This document shows, in pieces, positions 40,568 through 50,291 of a stretch of 64,000 nucleotides of DNA. The DNA lies in the NCBI GenBank assembly GCA_036172245.1, contig JAYWIR010000033.1, positions 1,116,001 to 1,180,000 on the forward strand, written 5' to 3'. Numbering within the stretch: position 1 is the first letter of the stretch; each line of letters starts with the position of its first letter. The notes under the pieces are model-generated. The model worked only from the letters and a program-made list of their open reading frames with translations. It ran no database searches and was not told where the DNA came from. The translations under genes and the position numbers were made by a program. The stretch comes from Raillietiella orientalis (Eukaryota).

Positions 40568-40815
40568 AATCGGTCCGCTCCTGACACTAACGATGATACG
40601 ATACCACCTGACCTGTTCCCGAGTTTCAAGGAGGCCCCTATGAGCCGCGTAGGGTCTCTCGTCCCAGTTGAACGTGGTCCTCAGGAGTCGCGGCACGCGA
40701 GGAGCTGTATCATTTGTTCGCTCATTCTTCATATCTCTCTTTCCCTCGGACCGCCGATGAATCAAAATCCCGGATGTAGAACTCTCAAAAGACCATAAAA
40801 AAACAATACATTAAT

Positions 40816-41660
40816 ATAGAAAATCACCTGGACCAAGGGAAAGCCATGCACTGTGTTGGACTACACAAGGATTTTAGATAATTCCTTACTCCGGGTGACC
40901 ACATTGGCGGATTATCGCTTCATCCACGTCCTACCAATAAGAGGAACAGCAAGAAGATTACCAGCGGATCGCCTATGCCGAAGATGCAACTGTCGGGATG
41001 AAACATTACCACACGTACTAAACCATTGCGTGATGTATTTCCCGATGTGCATCTCTCGACATTAATGCAATGGTGCTGAGACTGCAAGCAGTCGCCACAA
41101 AGGTAGGAGGATGCAAGCTCGTATCAGCGGATACCTGGAGTGGACTCTCCGTTAAAGCCGGATCTCATCTTTGAGAAGACGGAAAGTGGATCATAGTGGA
41201 CGTTGACTGCCCATTCGAAGGCAAGGAAAACGCGTTCACTGAAGCACGACAAAAGAGGGAAGAAAAATATGAAAATCTGATCCACAGCATTAACCAGATC
41301 GGCACAACATCCATTGTGCAGGTCTTTATCGTTGGAGCTTCAGGATCGTGGGATCCCAAGGATGATGCATTGCTGAGACTACTGGGAATAAAAGAAAATG
41401 GCGCCAGAAAGTTAAGAAAACTGGCCATATCCTGCTGCATCAGGGCCATCAGGGACATCCGTTGGGCGCACAGACTGAGGGATGCACCCGACGATGCAGA
41501 GACCCCATCCAATACATAATGAAAGAAGGACAACCCAAGACCCAGTCCGTTGTCAACTGAACAGCAGATCATCAATCATATAGGAAGAGCTGGAAGAGCA
41601 GGCAGAGCCAGAGAGAGTGATTCTGCAGACGTAAAAAGAATTAATCCAATAAACAAAACC
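40816..41660 (+). mobile_element. 5'-truncated, frameshifted Utopia/NeSL-like non-LTR retrotransposon with restriction-like endonuclease
   Basis: Ordered motifs DQGKAMHCV, ADYRFIH, CRRCNCRDETLPHVLNHC (CCHC), RH(N), KPDLI, IVDVDCPFE, AFTEARQKREEKY, VGASGSWDP and RDIRWAH are typical of the RLE domain of R2-group elements; AATAAA at ~41648. Confidence 0.85.
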
Positions 41661-41929
41661 GCACGTGAGGGGCTTCATCATTTGTTCGTCTTCATCTCTC
41701 TCTTTCCCTCGGACCGCCGATGAATCAAAATCTGATGATGGAAATCCTTCCTTTTCTTTCTTCGCAGTTCTTCGACACGGTTCCACGCCTCCTGAGGGTA
41801 GGTAATTCTTCAAGATAGGGGGTATCCCGGGAGGGTCCGCCCTATGAATCCCGGAAGGACTCGGAGTCCCTCGGACCGCCGATGAACCAAAATCCCGGAT
41901 GTAGAACTCTCAAAAGACCATTAAAAAAA

Positions 41930-42290
41930 AATACATTAATTAATCTACATATTGGTTCATTAACGTATTGACTTTTATGATCTTGACTGAGTTTACATAT
42001 GTATTTATTTATAGGTTAATACATACGTTTTTGCATGGATTAATGCATATATTTATATATAGATTAATATAATATATATCAAAGATGATTTAAAAAATAA
42101 ACACATATTCTCATTAAGTGCATTAATATATGTATGTAGGTTACATTTTCACATACACATTCATTAATATCCATTAACATGCGCATTATTAAAGTGATTA
42201 AGAACGTGCATCAGTATATTACAACTGTGTATATTGCTAATTATGAAAAAAAAAATTGCGTATTTTTATCATATGTGATAGATCCATATT
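41930..42290. repeat. AT-rich low-complexity island
   Basis: Same composition and motifs as the other AT islands. Confidence 0.8.
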
Positions 42291-43228
42291 AACCCTTTGA
42301 GTGCTACGGATGCATCTGTGCGTCTGGCAAATGTTTTTACCATATGCACGCGACACAAATTAACACTATCAAGGTTTGAGAAAGACTTCGTGGAAGAGTT
42401 TCCAGCCTCCGAGAAGAAGCCGGCTGAAGCAGAAAAGAAGTGGACGGTGAAGAGCGTGGGTGGATAAATAAAAGAAGAAGAAAAAAAAGAATTCACGGTA
42501 AGGACGGAGAGGGGGTACCCCGGGAGGGGTCCGCCCTATGAATCCCTATTGCCTGAGGGATGCAGGTCACAGATCCCGGGGGTGCGGCATCAGGATGGGG
42601 CGCTTCCCCTTTCTGGTCGCGCCATTCTGCCGCACTCTCATGAAGGCGGCGGGGATTGCGCGCGTCCTTGCTGGGCTCTGAGGAGGAACAGCCGAGTGAA
42701 GCGAGGGGTTCCCGTGTGCACTGGGCGCATCCTCGGGGGGTGAATCCTGTCCTGACCTTTCGACCCCTCTACCGCAAATCTATTCCTGAGAGCTGGAGAC
42801 TTCCGCAAATGTTAGGCTTCGCGTTTCCACGGGATTACGGAAACTGCAGCTGAAGCTCCAGAATGCTGTGGATCGACAGTGACTCTCATCATCTAAAGAT
42901 TTTTCGCCGTGGAGCAGTAATCGCAGCGCGAAGAGCTTGCGCTTAGATTCTAGTAATTTCTCTTCGCGGGCTTCACGGTCGACGCACTGCCAATGTTTCG
43001 CTTCATCTGCATGGACTTATCCTGTTTGATTTATATGCCCGGTTGTCAAGGCGGATTAGGAGGAGGAATAGAAGTGGGAAGCCGCTCGTATTTCGAAGAG
43101 CTTGTGGAAGGTCAGCAGCGGGATAGAGTTATCGAAAAAACACGCGCCAATGAATAGCAACACGTATCGATGCACAGACGAGAGCGAAACCGCATCTTTG
43201 AGATTCACAGCTGCCGAAATGACTACAC

Positions 43229-45496
43229 GGCTCGCGCTGGCGCATATGTGGCCCCAGTTCCCGCGCGTGGTACCGAGCGTTGCTGGTTCGAATACCCGTG
43301 AAGAATCGGCGCTTTAAGTGCCTGGGAGTCCCGTTGGGGGACTTCTGCGCAGCAGAAGTCCGGTCAAGTCTATTCAATGGCAAATCCCTCTTGACCCACG
43401 AACTGCCCTGTAGAATGCTTTCTTGGCTCCCCTTCTCCGACCCCCCTGCTTGTTGTCTGCCACTTGCTCGGAGATGTGAAAAGGCGGACCGAGGACCCTC
43501 CGCGAAAGCCTTCTAAGGAATGAAGAGGTCCCGGGTCCGCTCGAAGGACTTGCGAGCGACACGTGGAGACTCTGGGCTCGGTGACCTGACGCTGGGGAGG
43601 ATGAAGCGCCAGCTCCCGTGTAGAAGATTAGCCCTATTATCCCCAGGCAAAGTTCTCGACCAGCCACTGGTGCGTCCCAGCCAGGCTCCTGGCCAAGCCA
43701 TCAGCCGCCGTCGAGGGACTCGGTGCGTTCCTCGTGCATGGCCACCGAGAGTTGTCCCGATGCACGTACCCACTCCGGCAAATGGTTGCCTTGGTTCAGG
43801 AGAACATAGGAATGTCCTGCCGCCCCACCAACAGTAGTGTCTGGAAACAGGAAACGGATCAGGCGTGGGAGGAAAGAAACGGCACAAGCCCAGAGCAACC
43901 GCGATGCCTGCGATTCTCTGATGATGCTCGCTGCCCGTTACAGAAGTCATGGACTACCCAAGAAGGACCGCCTGAGTGCGGAACGTCCCACTCGCCGCCA
44001 CGCTCAACATGATCCCACAAAGTGGGCATGGAGCTGGCCTTGAGAGATGAGAAGTACCCTGCAAAATCGCGGGGAAAAAAAGCGACTGGGATGCTGGACT
44101 GCGCGTCAGCTGGATGACGCATGTACCCTCGCCGCTTTCTCCCCCGAAGGGATTCGTCGCTGGGTGGAACTCGAAGACATTCCTCCTGAAGGGATTCCTC
44201 CAGTGTTTGTGGACAGCCCCACGCTTTCCCTGGAGTGGCAGGATTCGGCATTGCGGTTGCTGCGCTGAGCCATCTCGTGCGTTGCACGAGTCCACCTCTG
44301 GACGAGGGGAGTGCGGTCCCAGACTGTGCCAGGTGCGGGGAACGGGAAACCTTCCTTCACCTGCTGTTGGATTGCGTTGCCCTCCTGAACGTCTGGGGAC
44401 GCTTCGCTGCAACCCTTCCTACTTCCGATGGGCAACGGCAGAGAGATCTTGCGGTGCCTCTTCGCGCGCGACTCGATGTCTCCTGCAGCTTCCTCCCCTT
44501 CAGCCCCGTGCTGCCCTCATGGGGTCATGGCGACGAGAGGACGCTCCCCAAGAAGCCAGTCGAACGGTGAGATCAACGCGATTGCCTGCTCCTTCGTGAG
44601 GAAGGCGACAGGATTGCCACCTCTCCGCCAACAAAAGGAGGAAGTTGCCCACGTCCTCCAGAGGATGCTGTGGACGCCAGGAAGGAATCTGCAATCCCTC
44701 CCCATGGCCTTCCCCCCTTTTTAAACCGAACTTTTCAGTCTTTGTTTGGTTTGTTTGTTTTTGCTCACCCCCTCTTCCACGCCCCCCTGCAGATCTCATC
44801 GCAGAGCTGCTCGCGAGTTGCAGCGCCTTGAAGGCATCTCCCCTCGCAGTGGTGATGTGAAGTCACTACGAAAGGAGCCATTTTTTTTTTGTCACTATTT
44901 TATATGACTGTCTTTTTTTTGCAATGAGCTCACCCACGTGACCGGGTGAGAATAAAGGATCGACACCACAGAAAAGGGTGCGTCGTGGCTTTGGAGCCCC
45001 CCCCCCCCGCAGGATGACGCTGACTGGCCTATTCGGGTGTGGCACCTATCGAAGCCTGGAACCGGATGCCTCCATTGAATGGCCATGGAATTAGAAGTCG
45101 ACCCTCCGGGGTCCTTCCAGGACATCAAGCAGCTCTTCGGGGATTCCCTTCCGGCTGTAAAAATAGAGCCGTCCGCTGCGTTCCATGGAGCTGGTTGATA
45201 ACCCCCTCCGGAGCAAGTTGCCAAGCTGTCACCCTTCAGCGAAGTTCGGAAGCGTCCCTCCGGGCTTCTCTTATCAGGAGAGTAGCAAGGAGCGATTCCC
45301 TCGCAGGTTCTCTCCGGAGAAGAAATTCAAGAGCAGATGTTTCCTGGATTCATAGGTGCTCCCTCTTGGATTACCTCGGGTGACGTCGGCAAACGTTAAA
45401 GAGCTTCGTGAGTCTTCCCCAAGGAGGGCAACGGTTCTTGAGCACTTAGCAAATTCCTCAAAAAAAAGGAAAAAAAAACCCGAAAAAAAGAAAAAA
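43229..45496 (+). mobile_element. SINE-like repeat, copy E, split by a sense-orientation Tx1-like insertion
   Basis: A-box-like TGGCGCATATGTGG and B-box-like GGTTCGAATAC (43285-43295). The body resumes at 44953 (ggatcgac...gatgacgctgactggcctattcgggtg...ccatggagctggttgata); A-rich tail at 45459-45496. Confidence 0.75.
43313..44952 (+). mobile_element. 5'-truncated Tx1-like element
   Basis: Clearest zinc finger, CARCGERETFLHLLLDC (44325-44375, zf-RVT-like); peptides INAIACSFVRKA and KEEVAHVLQRM; end motif gtgaccgggtg at ~44938-44948. Confidence 0.85.
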
Positions 45497-48400
45497 GCTT
45501 ATGAAAGAAGGAAAGAACCACGCGCGTTTTCCGGTTTCCCATTTACCACGTTTTAAAAGCCCATGAGACGGATCGTGGGCCGTCATCCCGTGAGGCGGTG
45601 CGGGTGCGGCTCGTCGCGCACCGAGCAGAGTGGTCACACGAGACCAGGACGAGAGGCCTGCAGCTTTGAATCCCAAGGAGACTTCTAAGAAACGACAGCC
45701 CGGAGTGATGTGAGGGGGGAGGGCAGGGAGCGCTCCGAAACCCAACCGAGTGGTCCAGAATGCAACTTGGCCCCATCTTCACCGAGGCAGTGCCGACGAG
45801 GATCAGCAAGCAACGATGTGCGGGCGTTCCCGAGATGGAAGCATGCGCGAAGTTCGTGTTCGTTCGGCTCCGATCCAGTTATCCGGGAAGAAAACGGAAT
45901 TTGCGATCGGGAAGATGCGGCGGACTTCCCGGCTCTTTCCAACCTCCTCCTCGTTGCGCAGGGGTGCCCTCGAATATTCGCCATCCGTGGTCATTCATGA
46001 ATCGTGGAATGGAAATGCTCTCGCAAGGTCATGCCCCGCCTCCGGATTTTGCTACCCACCGCTTGCCTATCCGAAAACAAAAAAGGGTCGAGGGCTCTGT
46101 TGGGAAATCTTTCTTTCAGGGCGTAAGAATTCCGTGGAAGGCGCTGGCTGGTCAACCGATGCCGCCGCCTTCGTTTGGCACATCGCGAATTCTTGCCGCG
46201 CCAACAACCCTTCGGCTCTTTGGACCGCATTCGCTCTTTCGGTGCTGAAGTATTCACTGGGAAGATTCGGTGCACCAAAGTCATTCGATTGGAATCAGCT
46301 CACTTGTCTGATTGCTCCTTGGAATCCCATTATGGCGGCTGCTGTCAAACGAGTGCCGTGGCGTCGTCACCGTGATGGGAAGCAACGCGAGGAATCTTCT
46401 GGAATTTTTTATGGGAAGGCGGCGCTCCCAAAATTCAGATGAGCTTTTTTCCAGAGCATCACCAAAGTCACTGCGAACAGTTGGGAGAGTTCGTCCTTGC
46501 GAATGCGGATGCGGGAGACAGGGATGAATGGGTTCCCCCCCCCCCAAAAAAAAAAAAACAACAAGAACGAGGAATGTTGCTCGTCATTCAGTGTACGTTG
46601 CGCAGCCACCGTGCTGCACCAGAACAGCAAAAATGGTGTCCACAGCAGCATTGGTTACTTTGTAAAGAGAGAAAGATCGGTACGCTCCGTCGGTAAAAGT
46701 GTTTGGAAAATTTCAGACGTCGAAGTGTTTTGACCCTCTGCTTGCTAGCTTGATCTTGGCTGTGACAGTTATGCTTTCCTCCCTCCTCCGTCCTTCCTGG
46801 CAGTCTCTCATTCGCACTTCTGCTGAAGAGCGCGCGCCGCTGACCTCTGCCGTGAGCTGCCTCAATTCTCCTCCTCCACATTTCGTGCGCCTTCAAATTC
46901 ACCACGAAATCTTACACCGAGCGTGGTGAAGTAGTTTGCGTCTGATAATGACCTCAGCTGCATCCGAAAACCTAAATGTTTTTTTAATTTGTGTGTGTGT
47001 GTGTGCAGGTGCAGTTTAATTATGCGGCTGGCCTTTGTGCAGCTGGGCGCAGCGAGATGAACACTTCGTCTGGAATCGTATTCTCTTGGGGTCCTCGCAC
47101 TCTCAAATCCAGTTCCTTCCGTACCTCTAGGAAGCGGAACTCGAGTTGCTCCAAAATCACAGCATCGAACCCGATCCGGACGTGAGATTTCATCCCGAAA
47201 ATTTGCACTCCCTGCTTTTCGGGAAAAGACGCGTGGTTTTCACCATTCTGGGCTGGAAATAGGCGTCATTTTTTCGTCTCTTCTACGATTTGATCGATTG
47301 GACCACTAGGAGTGCCATTAAACCTACAATGAATTGTGGTATTCACAGGTGGAATTGGCACTTTCGTAAAGCATGTCCATCCGGAGCGAAGTGCACCACA
47401 GGTTGTGAGATACACCACAAAAGTACACCGTATCAGACTGGAGGATGCTATGCCACAAACAGCGCCAATTCTAACTCGCTCATTCCCGAGCACTAAACAT
47501 CCATTTCTAAGGGAAAAAAGAAAGGTGAAAGCTGGACCACAGGCTGGGTATCTCTTGAGAATGTTGCCGCTACACTTTTGCGTATTCCTCTTCTTTTTCT
47601 TGGTGGGCAGCACTGATTGCCTCTTCACCTTTCTCGAATGAAAAAGCGATGTCCAGCCCGATGGACCTGTTGTCTTTTTCTGAAGGTGGACGTAAGGACG
47701 CCAGGGAGATTCTGGCCGCTCAGCGACGACCGAAGATGGCAAAGATATCACTCTGACACCCAAGTTTAGTCATGGACTCTATTTTCCACCACTTTTTCAA
47801 TCCTATTCTCTACCACCAAGAAAATACATCCACTGCTAATGGTCCCATATCCACCAACTGCACAGTAACCCCTTTGTCTTTCAAGCTACCATGGCTTCCT
47901 CCTTTCGAATAATACCTAGCGAGCAGCCCTGCATGATGCTACCATTGCCAGGTGCCGTGTCTGTGCTGAGGGAACGCAGCGAACTTTGTCTTCTTACGTT
48001 CCCTCAAGGCTTCGATTGAGCGGCTCGCAGAGGTTGCGAGGGCTCGTGGCATGGAAACGGCGGCAGTCCTGCGCCATTTTTCTCTGTTCGAGAGCCATGG
48101 CGCCATACTCCAAGCCTCTTCCTTTTTCGACGCCGTCCCCAAGAGCAGCAGTCATGAGACGTGGAACCAATGCGCGTCCTAGCGGCGCTGCAGCTATGCA
48201 CTCCGGAAGAGGCGTCATCGGTGGGTGCGCATTCCGTCTTCGTCGCAAGAAGGAAGTAGAAGAAGTCCGCGCGCGCCGGGATCCGCAGGCGCCTCCGCGC
48301 GCTTGGACTCTCGTGATGAACTCCCAGTCTCGTCACCGGATGAATAACGGCAGCAGGAACTCTCATCCTGAGGTCAGAGAGACTGCACGCGAAAGAATCG

Positions 48401-49146
48401 CCATACTTCCCGGGTCCGGGAAGGAAGGTTCATACGGGTGCGCGCGTCCCGCTACTTTCTTCACCGTAAAGAGATGGCCGTCACCAGCGCCCTGACGGAT
48501 GATGTCTCATCAGATAAACGCCTCCATCCACTACGCTAGTACGCAGACAACGCGAGGCGATTTGAATGGAAGGAGTTGGTTCCAGTGACACCGCGAGGAA
48601 AAGCGAACCTACGCAGAGAGAACGACCTCCACTCGGGCAATCACTGAAACTCAAGCAGCTCATTCGCTCCGTGAGCGGAATGCCGCCGATACGTGCGCGC
48701 GCGACTGAGCGCCCGCAGAACCTGCGTGGTGGATGCAGCTTCCGTACCACGCGTTCGCAGCCCACGGATCTCGGTCGCATCCGTCCCAGAGGTTTCGCGC
48801 TGCCACTCCGCTCGATTCTGCCGAGGTGGCGGTCGCCTCTTTTGCTATCTGGCGCGCTCGAGTGCCGCGAAGGCGCCGGCGAACTTTCCACGCCATCAAC
48901 GTGCAGCTGGTGAATCGTAAGAAAGCGATGCGCTCGTCGACCTCGGCAGCTGGCTGACCTTGAGGCACGACGCGGTGTGTGACTCTTTCCATTTTGGCAT
49001 TGAATGATTGAGCTTCCCGTAACGATGGAAGGCTGCAGGGAGAATTCAGAGATAACAGAGGCAGCATGTGGCCTTCCTGTTTCATCTTGAGGTGCTGCAA
49101 AATCCCTGCGTGTAGAAAATTTTAAAGGCAGAGGAGGGTGAGCACT

Positions 49147-49460
49147 TTTGCACCCGGTCGCGCTGGGATGTTCATTCGAAAAAAGGATAAGCGAGCAAAC
49201 TGGGGACCCCGTTCCTAGGGGAAACAGCACCAAGTTCGGAGGTCGCTCACTCAGCAAGTCCGGAAGAGAAAGAAAGAGACAATAAATACATAAATAAAGG
49301 GAGGGCGGGGGCAGGTTTCCTTGGCGTTGTCTCCGTAGCGGCGCGGAATGCCGGCGATCTCCGACTCGACTTCTTTCTGCGAGTGAGGCCACCTCTTAGC
49401 CGTCTTCATGTAGGCGACTATCGTGCTGGAATGACCTCCCATCGTTGCGCCAAAGAATCC
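49147..49460 (-). mobile_element. Short Tx1-like 3' end
   Basis: Peptide MKTAKRWPHSQKEVESEIAGIPRR; end motif cccagcgcgaccgggtg at ~49167-49151. Confidence 0.7.
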
Positions 49461-49464
49461 AGCG

Positions 49465-49888
49465 CAAGATGGCAGTGTGGTTGCCACGCGTTGTGGGTTC
49501 AAATCTCCATGTGATGGATCGACGGCGAGAAATGGACGCGCCGTGGGTTTCGAGTCTTTCCCGCAGAATGACGCTCATTGGCCTATTCGGGTGCGGCGCT
49601 AGTGGGTCGAAGCCGGATGCCACCGTTGACTGGTCGGGATTGAAAGTGGACCCTCTGGGGTGCTTCCAGGAGTCGAAGAGCTCTTCCGGTTTCCCATACG
49701 GTTGCGAAAATGGAGCCTCCACGAAATACAGTGGAGCTGGTTGATACTCCCCTCTGGGTTGTCTCTCCAGAGTATCAAGGAGTGCCTTGATCCCTTCGGG
49801 GAGCCACCCTCGAGAGGAATTCGGAGGCATCTCTTCTAGGTTTTCTTCAGAAGTTCGGAGTTCTCTTGCGGGTTCAATCAGAAGCAGA
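49465..49888 (+). mobile_element. SINE-like repeat, copy F (3'-truncated, empty target site)
   Basis: B-box-like GGTTCAAATCT at 49496-49506; continuous body through ttggcctattcgggtgcggcgct...gaagccgg...tggagctggttgata. Confidence 0.75.
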
Positions 49889-50291
49889 TTTCCTTCCATC
49901 TCCCATCTCCCGTTTGGGTCGTTTCATCGCATCTCCACAAAGCAACGGCTCCCTTCTAAGTCGAATAGCGGCGGCCGCGTCCTGGCGACTTCGAGGAGAG
50001 CGTCCTGAACAGGCTTCGAAAAGCTCGCTCAGTGTCTCCGGGATGCACGTCCTCATCTTCCCAAAACCTCTGGAGCACTCCGAAAGCGAATGCAGTTGGC
50101 GCATTCGCTGGATACTCTCCCTGTCGATGTGTGGCGTCGTTCTTGGTTTTCAGAAGGAAAGCAAGAGCAGCAGCAAAGTGGTGCTGCCTGTGGCAACAGG
50201 GAGGGAACGGAGGCGTCGCGCAGCGAGCACGGGATCTCGAAGATTCCTCTGGGAATCGGAGGAAACCCAACCCAACATCGCAAGGTAAGCA
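49889..50291 (+). repeat. Dispersed ~400 bp duplication, copy 2
   Basis: Near-identical to 6120-6522. Confidence 0.95.

Noticed and set aside
45750..46442. 230-aa ORF with a PKxxxGxGL-like motif
   Set aside because: Possibly an ancient LINE fragment, but a single weak motif is not enough to call it.
48481..49392. 303-aa minus-strand ORF
   Set aside because: Runs through a LINE 3' UTR into unrelated GC-rich DNA; no recognisable domain.
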